Below are positions 29,491 to 38,051 of a stretch of 64,000 nt of DNA, one piece after another. The notes beneath the pieces were generated by a model that was given only the letters and a program-made list of their open reading frames with translations, did no database searches and had not been told where the DNA came from. This stretch comes from an uncultured Alphaproteobacteria bacterium. Lineage in GTDB: Bacteria > Pseudomonadota > Alphaproteobacteria > Rhodospirillales > Defluviicoccaceae. Within the stretch, counting starts at the first letter, position 1, and every line of letters starts with the position of its first letter. The position numbers and the translations under genes are program-made. Where the stretch lies: positions 17,737 to 81,736 of the forward strand of contig CAWDWD010000018.1 in assembly GCA_963805915.1 (NCBI GenBank), written 5' to 3'.

Positions 29491-29979
29491 ATGACCACGG
29501 CGGAGCCGTGCCCGACAAAATCTGCACCCGAGTTGGAACTCGAGTTGGAGCCGGAATATTGGAAGCGGCGCCCGCTGGCGGAGATGAGCCGGGCGGAGTG
29601 GGAGGGCCTGTGCGACGGCTGCGGCAAGTGCTGCCTGGAAAAGCTGGAGGATGCCGACACCGGCGAAATCAGCCACACCAACGTCGCCTGCCGGCTGCTC
29701 GATGTCGGGACCTGCCGGTGCACGCGTTACGCCGAGCGCCGGCGCTACGTGCCCAATTGCGAAGCGCTGACGGCCGAGAAGATTCTTTCGCTGAGCTGGC
29801 TGCCCTCGACATGTGCTTATCGCCTGCTTGCCAAGGGCGAGGACCTGCCGGACTGGCACCATCTCATCTCGGGCGATCCGGAGCTTGTTCACCGGGTCGG
29901 CGCCTCGGTGCGCGGCCGGGCGATCCCGGAGGTCCGCGCCGGTCCGCTCGAACATCATATTGTCACCTGGCCGGCTTGA
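29491..29979 (+). CDS. ycgN: YcgN-family (UPF0260) cysteine-cluster protein
   Basis: LCDGCGKCCLEKLED...VACRLLDVGTCRCTRY. The start at the ATG is preceded by GAGGAGAAAG. Confidence 0.8.
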   Translation: MTTAEPCPTKSAPELELELEPEYWKRRPLAEMSRAEWEGLCDGCGKCCLEKLEDADTGEISHTNVACRLLDVGTCRCTRYAERRRYVPNCEALTAEKILSLSWLPSTCAYRLLAKGEDLPDWHHLISGDPELVHRVGASVRGRAIPEVRAGPLEHHIVTWPA

Positions 29980-29994
29980 AAGGCGACCGTCGCG

Positions 29995-30949
29995 ATGGCT
30001 CCCGAGTTCCTCAACTCCCCAATCCACCGCCGCCGCCGGACCCGGTGGCGTTTTCGCCGCTGTTCTCACTCCGCTACGGGACGATCTATCCGTGGACCAC
30101 GCGCTGTTTGCGCGTCATTGCCAGTGGCTGCTCGATTATGGCTGCGACGGGCTATCGATCCTGGGTACGACCGGCGAGGCCAACTCGTTTTCCGTCGCCG
30201 AGCGCATTGAGATCCTCGACCGGCTGGTCGCGGCTGGCATCCCGGCGGACCGCCTGCTGCCGGGGACCGGCTGCTGCGCCATCCCCGATACGGTCGCGCT
30301 GTGCCGCCATGCGACGGCGCACGGCGTCGCCGGCATCCTCGTGCTGCCGCCGTTCTACTATAAGGCGGTCAGCGACGGCGGCGTCTTCGCCGCCTACAGT
30401 GACGCCATCGAGCAGGTCGGCGACGACCGGATGCGGGTATACCTCTACCACTTTCCGCAAATGTCCGGCGTCGGCCTGAGCCAACCACTGATCGGCCGGC
30501 TGATCGAACGCTATCCCGCCACGATCGCGGGGATGAAGGACAGCTCCGGCGATCTCGCCAACATGGTTGGCGCGGCCCACGCGTTTCCCGGGTTTCGCGT
30601 GTTCTCCGGCTCGGACGAGTTTCTTCTTGCGCTGTCGCGCGAGGGCGGCTCGGGGTGCATCACCGCCGTCGGCAACGTTACCAGCGCACTTGCCGCGGAG
30701 ATATTGGCGGCGCGCGGCAAGGGCAATGACGCAGCGGCGGAAAGCGCCCAGAGCCGCCTGTCAGCGATCCGCAAGACCATCTCGGCGTATCCGCTGAGCG
30801 CGGCGCTCAAGCAGATTATGGCCGACCATAGCGGAGTCGACAGCTGGCTCAACATCCGCCCGCCGCTGACCCGGCTCGCCGCCGCCGATGCCGCCGCGCT
30901 GGCCTCCGCGCTCGACCGCCTCGCCTTTGCCCCGCCGCCCGTTGGTTAG
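29995..30949 (+). CDS. DapA-family (dihydrodipicolinate synthase/N-acetylneuraminate lyase-like) aldolase; 5' end apparently frameshifted
   Basis: The body GVFAAVLTPL...GLSILGTTGE...HFPQMSGV...GMKDSSGD is in frame 2. That frame has no ATG/GTG/TTG after the ycgN stop. The only nearby ATG (29995) is in frame 1. Confidence 0.65.
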
Positions 30950-30974
30950 TATTGGCGCGGCCACGAAAAACAAG

Positions 30975-31685
30975 GTGATCCAGCGGCGGACCAGTCTGAG
31001 CGCGGACCTCGTGGTCGACAACCAATCGATGGCGCTGACGGTGCGCCGCCATCCACGCGCGCGGCGGATGACCCTCCGTCTTGCCGTCGATAGTGACGGT
31101 GTCATCGTGACCATCCCGGCGAACGCCCCATTCGCGGCCGGAGTAGAGCTAGCGCGGCGCAGTACCGGCTGGATCGCTCGCCGACTATCGGCGCGGCCGG
31201 AGCGGGTGGCTTTCATCGACGCCGCGGTCATTCCGTTGCGCGGGACCGGCCATCGAGTTCGCCACCAACCCGGCCAGCCCGGCGGCGTAGTCGTCGAGGG
31301 CGGCCAGCTCCTTGTCGGTGGCGCCGCGAGCCAACTCGGCCCGCGCCTTGAGGCGTGGCTGCGTGAGCAGGCTCGTGGCGATCTGACAGCGGAGGCAACG
31401 GCCATGGCTCCGCGCTTGCGGCGAATGTATGGGCGCATTGGCGTTCGTGACCCCCGCTCGCGCTGGGGATCGTGTGCCGCCAGCGGCAACCTGTCGTTTT
31501 CGTGGCGGCTGATCCTCGCGCCGCCGCCGATCTTGACCTATGTGGTCGCTCACGAGCTCGCGCACCTGGTCGAACGCAATCACGGCCCTCGGTTTTGGGC
31601 GATCGTCGGCACGCTCGTTGACGACACCGCCGGGGTAAGGGCCTGGCTCCAGCGTCACGGCCCCGCTCTGCACCGTTACGGCTGA
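30975..31685 (+). CDS. M48-family (YgjP/DUF45-like) zinc metallopeptidase
   Basis: VVAHELAHLVERNHGPRFW (HExxH plus downstream N/H). The start is uncertain (GTG 30975 or ORF start 30888). Confidence 0.75.
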   Translation: MIQRRTSLSADLVVDNQSMALTVRRHPRARRMTLRLAVDSDGVIVTIPANAPFAAGVELARRSTGWIARRLSARPERVAFIDAAVIPLRGTGHRVRHQPGQPGGVVVEGGQLLVGGAASQLGPRLEAWLREQARGDLTAEATAMAPRLRRMYGRIGVRDPRSRWGSCAASGNLSFSWRLILAPPPILTYVVAHELAHLVERNHGPRFWAIVGTLVDDTAGVRAWLQRHGPALHRYG

Positions 31686-31719
31686 AGCGGGCTGACAGCG
31701 GGCCGAGAGCTCAGCGAAA

Positions 31720-32196
31720 TCATCGCAGCACCGGATCGGACACCGCAGCGTCCAGCAACATTCCTAGGCGCGCCGCCGCGGTTCGGGCAAAGCGCAAGGT
31801 AAGCGCCTTGCGTCGCGCGGCGGCCAGCGGCGCGGTCGCCATCGGCGCGCGGACGATCGCGCCGCCATAGGCATCGTCGACGATCACGCCAGCGTCCGCG
31901 GGCAGTGCGTCGAGCGGAAAAGTGGCCGGGATCGCGAAGGTAAAGCGGTCGCACGAGGCGAGGTATTCGGGCCACTTGTCATCGGCGCGATAGTCGGCGA
32001 GCGATGACTTGACCTCGACGATGAGAATGCCGCCGCGGCGGTCGAGCGCGAAAATGTCGGGCCGGCGCGCGTTGCTCAACGGCAGTTCGCACAGGGTGCG
32101 ATAACCGTGGTCGGCAAGCATCCGGCATACTCCGCGCGTCAGACGTCGACCATCCACCTCGTTGCGGTCGCTATCGTTCACTGTCTGTTCGAACAC
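31720..32196 (-). CDS. mmcB: MmcB-family DNA repair protein (PD-(D/E)xK nuclease-like)
   Basis: 158 aa. RRPDIFALDRRGGILIVEVKSSLADYRAD is a PD...E.K-type motif. Confidence 0.65.
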   Translation of the reverse strand: MFEQTVNDSDRNEVDGRRLTRGVCRMLADHGYRTLCELPLSNARRPDIFALDRRGGILIVEVKSSLADYRADDKWPEYLASCDRFTFAIPATFPLDALPADAGVIVDDAYGGAIVRAPMATAPLAAARRKALTLRFARTAAARLGMLLDAAVSDPVLR

Positions 32197-32235
32197 GCCT
32201 CTTTTTACGAGGCGGCGAACAGCGAAACAAGCCTT

Positions 32236-32266
32236 CCTTTCGCCAAACCGGGCCTTTCGCCAAACC
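32236..32266. repeat. tandem 14-bp direct repeat in the mmcB/yjbQ divergent intergenic region
   Basis: CCTTTCGCCAAACC occurs at 32236-32249 and again at 32253-32266. Confidence 0.8.
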
Positions 32267-32305
32267 AGGGTTGGCGGCTATGCGTGATAGCGCTAACTTC
32301 GCGCC

Positions 32306-32725
32306 ATGAGACAGGTGCAAGACATCATCCGGTTCGAGACCGACGGCCAAGGCCTCTACGAGGTAACCCACCAGGTACAACGATGGCTGGTCGAACAGGA
32401 GATCGATACCGGGCTACTGACGATCTTCTGCCGCCACACCAGCGCTTCGCTGACCATTCAGGAAAACGCCGATCCGGACGTGCGCCGCGATTTACTCGAG
32501 TTTTTCAAGCGGATCGCCAACGAAGATCCGTCGCTCTACCGGCACAGCAGCGAAGGACCGGACGATATGCCGGCGCACATTCGCGCCGCGCTGACGGCGG
32601 TCAGCCTCTCGGTTCCGGTTTCAAGCGCTCGTCTCGCGCTTGGCTCCTGGCAGGGCCTGTTTCTGTTCGAGCACCGAACCTCGCCCCTTGTTCGTACCCT
32701 TCTCCTTCACCTGATCGGCGAGTAG
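32306..32725 (+). CDS. yjbQ: YjbQ-family (UPF0047) protein
   Basis: LLTIFCRHTSASLTIQENADPDVRRDL and GPDDMPAHI motifs. Confidence 0.82.
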   Translation: MRQVQDIIRFETDGQGLYEVTHQVQRWLVEQEIDTGLLTIFCRHTSASLTIQENADPDVRRDLLEFFKRIANEDPSLYRHSSEGPDDMPAHIRAALTAVSLSVPVSSARLALGSWQGLFLFEHRTSPLVRTLLLHLIGE

Positions 32726-32795
32726 ACTGGTCCCCTTCCCCCCTCATCAAGCTTAGGTTAGGGGGCGGGAGCCGGTCCAGGCGAGGGAGAGCGGC

Positions 32796-33227
32796 ATGTC
32801 AGTCGGTAACAATGGGCGGTTTGGCGAAAACCCTGCCCAAGCCGGTCGCGAGAAGATCGATTCCGAGCATCATGTCCAGGTCGGCCTACTCTATGCCCTG
32901 CGCGAGGCGGTGAAGTTGGGGCAATCGGAAAACGTCCATGATCTTCTCGACCGCCTCGTCGACTACAGCACAATTCATTTTGCCTCCGAGCAACTGCTGA
33001 TGCGGCTTTACCAGTACGATGACTTTGAAGGCCACATGGCCGAGCACGAGCGGATGATCGAGCAGTTGCTGGACTTGCGGGCGCGGCAACAGGCTGGGGA
33101 AATGTTTGCCGTCGAGCATGGCCTTGATGAACTCGACGTCGGGATCCTGAGCCACATCCGCGGCGCGGACCGCTACCTCGGCCGGTATCTCGCGGGGCTT
33201 GCCGAAAGCGCGGCGCGCCAACGCTGA
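32796..33227 (+). CDS. bacteriohemerythrin-family protein
   Basis: IDSEHHVQVGLL...HFASEQLLM...HMAEHERMI. Confidence 0.7.
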   Translation: MSVGNNGRFGENPAQAGREKIDSEHHVQVGLLYALREAVKLGQSENVHDLLDRLVDYSTIHFASEQLLMRLYQYDDFEGHMAEHERMIEQLLDLRARQQAGEMFAVEHGLDELDVGILSHIRGADRYLGRYLAGLAESAARQR

Positions 33228-33360
33228 CGGGATTGTCGCCGCTGGCTGATCCGCGCGCAAAAGAATACTGGCCAACGCCTTTGCTGTTCGCCATCATCAC
33301 TGGATCGCCTGAAGAGAACAACGACGGAGCAAACTTGTCAAAACGGGTGGGAGAAGAACG

Positions 33361-34002
33361 ATGAGTGAAGGCGATTCAGCCTTACCGGCGCTTGGGACGA
33401 CCCGTGAGGCGGTTGGCGTTTTTCCGTCCTGGACATCGTTGCAGGGCGCGGTCGATGAACTGCTGAGTTCCGGGTTCGATCGCTCCGAGTTAAGCCTTCT
33501 CGCCAGCCAGAAGATCGTCGAGGAGAAGCTTGGGCATCTTTACGACAAGATTAGCGAGCTTGAAGACGATGCCGCAGTGCCGCGCGCGGCCTTCGTCGGC
33601 CGCGACTCGCTGGTCGAGGGTCGCACCGGCATGATCGGCGGCCTCGCCTACATCGGCGCAATGGCCGCCGTCGGCGCCGTGGTCGCGTCCGGAGGAACCC
33701 TTGCCGCCGTCATCGCCGCCGCAGCCGTCGCCGGCGGTTCGGGTGGCTTGCTCGGTACAATGGCGGCGCGTTGGCTCGGCCGTGACCGGGCCAAGGAGAT
33801 GCAGGCTCAGATCGACATGGGTGGGCTTCTGCTCTGGGTCAGGCTCCGCGACGGCGCCCACGAAGAGCGCGCGGTCGCGGTCCTCAACAGGCATGCCGCC
33901 GGCGACGTCCATGTCCACAACCTGGCACGCGGCGACGCTCCCGAGCTGGACCCGCTGTCCGGCTGGCAGCCGGACCCGTTCCTGCCGCGCGCGCGGGTTT
34001 AG
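33361..34002 (+). CDS. hypothetical membrane protein with Gly/Ala-rich TM segments
   Basis: 213-aa ORF with a central GGLAYIGAMAAVGAVVASGGTLAAVIAAAAVAGGSGGLLG segment. I recognise no family. Confidence 0.5.
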   Translation: MSEGDSALPALGTTREAVGVFPSWTSLQGAVDELLSSGFDRSELSLLASQKIVEEKLGHLYDKISELEDDAAVPRAAFVGRDSLVEGRTGMIGGLAYIGAMAAVGAVVASGGTLAAVIAAAAVAGGSGGLLGTMAARWLGRDRAKEMQAQIDMGGLLLWVRLRDGAHEERAVAVLNRHAAGDVHVHNLARGDAPELDPLSGWQPDPFLPRARV

Positions 34003-34050
34003 CGCTTCGTCCAGCCCCGACACGCGCCAGTCGAAACGCTTCGGCGATAA

Positions 34051-34362
34051 CTATGCAGACAGTGCGGATCGCTTGTCCGAGGTGAGGACGGTTTCGACCT
34101 CGACGAGCTGGCGCAGGCTTTCCGCGATGCGCTCGCGCAGAGGCTGATCGAGACCGGCGACCTGAAGGTCGATGTGAAGATCCTCGCCCCGGGCGCCGCA
34201 CACGGTGCTGTAGCATTGACTGGGCAGGATTCCGCGCTTGGCAAAAATCCCAAAGACCCGCGCCATGACGTTGACCTCGGCGACGGCGGCCACGGAAAAG
34301 CAGGAAACCCGTTGGGCCAGTGCCGCATTCCGTACGGCGCTATCGTTGTCGGAAAATGACAT
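34051..34362 (-). CDS. hypothetical small protein (ACT-domain-like)
   Basis: 103-aa ORF. Its beta-alpha-beta-like pattern resembles a small regulatory ACT domain. This is a weak call. Confidence 0.4.
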   Translation of the reverse strand: MSFSDNDSAVRNAALAQRVSCFSVAAVAEVNVMARVFGIFAKRGILPSQCYSTVCGARGEDLHIDLQVAGLDQPLRERIAESLRQLVEVETVLTSDKRSALSA

Positions 34363-34549
34363 GGAAGCATACTTTCAATCGTGGAGTAATTACAGGAGGC
34401 GGATGATCCCGGCCCTCAAAAGAGAGCCGGGCCTGTAATCAGCCGCCGCACGCCAACGATCGAAAGCTTGCTCATGACGCCGTCGCTTACGCCCGGCGGG
34501 GCGGCCGGTCAAGGTTCAAACTTGGGGAGCGATAGGCGGAGAAGCTTTT

Positions 34550-36835
34550 TTGTACCTCCGCTACCTGGCGATTTGCGAAACGTCTTCGTATATGCGGCAG
34601 TGTCGGATGAGCATGGGAAAGGCTGCCGTGGCGAACAGGGACGCTTGCCTAGCTTCGGGCGCCGCGCCGGCGAAGCAACCCAATTGCGACGAACCGCCAG
34701 GGTCCGTAGGTCTCGGTTTGTTTGCCGAGCAAATGCTCAGGCAGGCGGCCGAGCCTGTTGTGGCGTGCGACGCTGCCGGCACGCTGATCTTGGTGAACGA
34801 CGCGGCCCGGCGCCTCGCGCGGCTCGATCTCGAAGGCAAGACCTTGGCCGAGGCCGGCTTGGTCTGGGGCGATTTGTATGAGCACGGTCAGCGGGTCGCG
34901 GCTACAAAGCTTCCGCTCCAGTCCGCGTTGCGCGGCGAAACCCAGATCGGCCGCGAGGTGCAGCTGGTGCGCCGCGACGGCATTGTCCAAACCCTGCTGA
35001 TCAGCGCCGCGCCGGTGCTTGAGAATGGCAGGGTCGTCGGCGCGATCGCCAGCTTGTCCGAAATTACCGGTTTCAGGAAAAGCGAGGAGCGCTACCGCGC
35101 GCTGGTCGAGGCGGTGCCGATCGGTGTGATCCGCAGCGACATCCATGGCAGAATTCTCGACGCCAATGATGCTTTCTTGAGCATGATACGCTTCAGTCGC
35201 GAGGATCTGGAGGCGGGGCTGATGCAATGGCGAGTACTCACGCCGCCCGAATTTCTTGCTCGCGACGAAGCGGCCATCGCCGAGGCCACCGCAATGGGGC
35301 GATGCGCGCCGTATGAGAAGGCTTTCATCCGCAAGGATGGGGTGCGCGTCCCGGTCCTTATCGGCTACACCTTGGTCGGGCCGAAGCGCGAGGAAGCAAT
35401 TGCTTTCATCCTCGATCGGACCGAGCACAAGGCAGCCGAGGATGCGCTGCGTGCGAGTGAACAACGTCTGCGCGACTTGCTCGACAATCTTTTCGCGTTT
35501 GTCGGCATCCTCGATCTCGACGGTGTCTTACGGTGGGCCAACCGGTCGCCGCTCGAGGCCGCCGGGCTGACGCTCGAGGATGTGCGCGGCAAGCGCTTCG
35601 AGGACGCCTATTGGTGGTCCTATGATCCGATCGTCCAGGCGCGGATCGCGTCGGCCGCCGAACACGCGGCGCAAGGACATCCGTCGCGGTTCGACATCGA
35701 CGCGCAAATGGCGGGCGGACACATGAGGACCATTGACTTCATGATCGCACCCTTGCGCAACGCCGAAGGAGCCATCACTCACCTCATTCCTTCCGCTGTC
35801 GACGTCACCGAGCGCAAGGCCACCGAGAAAGCTCTGCGCAACAGCGAGGCGCGGTTGCATATGGCCCAGGACGCCGGCGGGATCGGCGTCTGGGATTGGG
35901 ACCTTGTCGCCGATTTGGCAACATGGTCGGACTCGTTCTGCTGCCTGATTGGGCTTCAGCCGTCGCCGGGGCCTAGCCAAGTCGAAGACTTTTTTTCCGC
36001 GGTTCATCCAGAGGATCGCGAGCCCGTTCGTCATCAGGTCGAGCGCGCCTTGGACAGCGGAACCTACCGCAGCGAATACCGCGTCATCCTGCCCTCGGGC
36101 GAGATCCGCTGGGTCGTGGCCCAGGGCGAGACCATAACCGACGGCGAAGGCCGCGCGGTGCGCATGATCGGCGTCGCCTATGACGTCACGGCGCAACACA
36201 GCCTGCTGGAGCATAAGGAGTTCATGCTTCATGAGGTCAACCACCGGGTCAAGAACAGCCTCCAGCTCGTCTCCAGTCTATTGAACCTGCAACAGAGCAC
36301 GCTGGAAAGCGCAGAGGTGCGCTCGCATCTGATCGAAGCCGATCGGCGGATTCTCGCCATCGCGAAGATCCACGAGCATCTGTACCGCGGGGCTGGCCCT
36401 GCGAATAAAATTGAGTTTGCCGGCTATCTCCGCGATCTCTGCGCCGAGCTGGAAGACACCATCGCCGGCGGCCGTGTTATCCGCATCGTTGTCGAGGCCG
36501 AGTCGCTCGAACTACCAACCGACCAAGTCATTTCGCTCGCTCTCATCGTCAATGAGCTGGTCACCAACGCCGCGAAATACGCATTCGAGGAGCGCGCCGG
36601 CGGGCGGATTGGGGTGAGCTTCGGAGCCGGGCCGGACGGATACTACCGACTGGTTGTCGATGACGACGGCTGTGGCTTGTCGGGCGGATTTAACGTCGAG
36701 GATAGCGGCGGCCTGGGGATGAAGGTCATCGTCGGCCTGGTCCGTGGCATGGACGCCAAGTTAGAGATCGGCGTGTCCGACGAGGGGGCATCGTTTATCA
36801 TCACGCTCGGCAAGCAGCCCGGGGGCGAGGCTTAG
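34550..36835 (+). CDS. multi-PAS sensor histidine kinase (HisKA_2/HWE type)
   Basis: Several PAS-like repeats, then the H-box HEVNHRVKNSLQLVSSLLNLQ and an ATPase region NELVTNAAKYAF...DDDGCGL...GLGMK. The true start is probably an internal Met. Confidence 0.8.
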   Translation: MYLRYLAICETSSYMRQCRMSMGKAAVANRDACLASGAAPAKQPNCDEPPGSVGLGLFAEQMLRQAAEPVVACDAAGTLILVNDAARRLARLDLEGKTLAEAGLVWGDLYEHGQRVAATKLPLQSALRGETQIGREVQLVRRDGIVQTLLISAAPVLENGRVVGAIASLSEITGFRKSEERYRALVEAVPIGVIRSDIHGRILDANDAFLSMIRFSREDLEAGLMQWRVLTPPEFLARDEAAIAEATAMGRCAPYEKAFIRKDGVRVPVLIGYTLVGPKREEAIAFILDRTEHKAAEDALRASEQRLRDLLDNLFAFVGILDLDGVLRWANRSPLEAAGLTLEDVRGKRFEDAYWWSYDPIVQARIASAAEHAAQGHPSRFDIDAQMAGGHMRTIDFMIAPLRNAEGAITHLIPSAVDVTERKATEKALRNSEARLHMAQDAGGIGVWDWDLVADLATWSDSFCCLIGLQPSPGPSQVEDFFSAVHPEDREPVRHQVERALDSGTYRSEYRVILPSGEIRWVVAQGETITDGEGRAVRMIGVAYDVTAQHSLLEHKEFMLHEVNHRVKNSLQLVSSLLNLQQSTLESAEVRSHLIEADRRILAIAKIHEHLYRGAGPANKIEFAGYLRDLCAELEDTIAGGRVIRIVVEAESLELPTDQVISLALIVNELVTNAAKYAFEERAGGRIGVSFGAGPDGYYRLVVDDDGCGLSGGFNVEDSGGLGMKVIVGLVRGMDAKLEIGVSDEGASFIITLGKQPGGEA

Positions 36836-36850
36836 CGCGTCCTCGCGGCT

Positions 36851-37261
36851 TTAGCCGAGACCTCGGCAATAATTATGATCATAATTGCGTTGACGAGTGT
36901 CGTCCGCCTCGGCGCTCTCGATGTCGCCGTGCTCGTTCTCATGGTTCAATGCCGGGGTTGGATTGCGAGCATGATCGTCATCATGGTGGTCAACACCGAT
37001 CGGATTGACAGCGTTTCGCTCAAGGCCCTCGTCAGCCGGGCCCCCGCACGGGTCCCGGCGCGATCCACCGCTGGTCGAGCCATCGTGTTCTTCCCCAACC
37101 TCTCGCTTCGGCTGTTGGGCTTCCTCCACGGAGAGGTCTGAAGTGGCGACTTCGACCTTTTGAACTTCGGCTGTCGCATCCTCGGGCGCGGGATCGACCG
37201 ATTCTGGTTTCACTTCCAGCTTGATTTTGCTCGGCGAAGGTTTGGTCACGGCGGCGGCCAC
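36851..37261 (-). CDS. acidic low-complexity ORF overlapping the 3' end of the ParA-like ORF (separate gene or displaced ParA C-terminus)
   Basis: 136 aa with a GTG start. By eye its codon usage looks more coding-like than the overlapping Arg-rich tail of ORF 37032..38051. Confidence 0.4.
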   Translation of the reverse strand: MAAAVTKPSPSKIKLEVKPESVDPAPEDATAEVQKVEVATSDLSVEEAQQPKREVGEEHDGSTSGGSRRDPCGGPADEGLERNAVNPIGVDHHDDDHARNPTPALNHENEHGDIESAEADDTRQRNYDHNYCRGLG

Positions 37262-38051
37262 GGTCGCGCTTGCCGTCGACGCTCGAAATGATGAAGCTCA
37301 CGAGCTGCTCGATCTCTTTGTGCGCGGCCGAGCGCGGCGCGAACTCGCCGACCCACTGCCCGTGGTCGAAGGCGTAGACGAAAGCCGAGCGCATCCCGAT
37401 GGGCGGCGAGATGGGCTCGCCGAACTGCTCGTACAGCGACATCTTGCGCGCGATCGCCGTCCGCCGGTCGAGCCGGTTGGGAACGATGATGCTCCGGGGC
37501 TTATCGCTGCGGCGGATCTGCCTGGTTTTCTGCACTAGGTTGATGAAGGCCGAAGTCGAGTGGATATCCACGCCGCTGGGGTTGACCGGAACCAAAATCA
37601 TGTCCGAGATCGCCGCCACCGCCGCGAGCGAATACTCAAGGCCCGGCGGGAGGTCGATAACAACCGACGGATTCTTGTCAGCGAGCATGCGGATCTGGGT
37701 AACCCACATTAAGCCCGGATGGCGTTCCTCCGGTTTGGCCTCATGGAGTACGCGCGAGGTCACGCGAATGCCCAGAGAACCGGCCTCCGCCCACTTCAAC
37801 GCCGTCGCCTGGCGATCGGCGTCGACAAGAATGGTGTCAATGCCGGTGCGCGCGCGGATGGCGCAAGCGAGATTGACGGCGATGGTGCTCTTGCCGGCGC
37901 CGCCCTTGAGGTTGCTGACTGAGATTATTCGAGGAATCACGATGGGGCGTTCACATTCCAGAGGCAGAGGCGGGGCCTGATGCCCGCCTTTACTAGCCGA
38001 CGACCCTAGCAGATATTCCCCCAATTGGGCACTATAAAGGCGGTCGTGCAC
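37032..38051 (-). CDS. orphan ParA/MinD-family P-loop ATPase
   Basis: Deviant Walker A SNLKGGAGKST and VDADRQ. The recognisable domain ends near EIEQLVSFIISS (about 37290). The likely real start is the GTG at 37940 (MIPRIISVSNLKGG). Confidence 0.7.
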   Translation of the reverse strand: MHDRLYSAQLGEYLLGSSASKGGHQAPPLPLECERPIVIPRIISVSNLKGGAGKSTIAVNLACAIRARTGIDTILVDADRQATALKWAEAGSLGIRVTSRVLHEAKPEERHPGLMWVTQIRMLADKNPSVVIDLPPGLEYSLAAVAAISDMILVPVNPSGVDIHSTSAFINLVQKTRQIRRSDKPRSIIVPNRLDRRTAIARKMSLYEQFGEPISPPIGMRSAFVYAFDHGQWVGEFAPRSAAHKEIEQLVSFIISSVDGKRDRGRRRDQTFAEQNQAGSETRIGRSRARGCDSRSSKGRSRHFRPLRGGSPTAEARGWGRTRWLDQRWIAPGPVRGPG

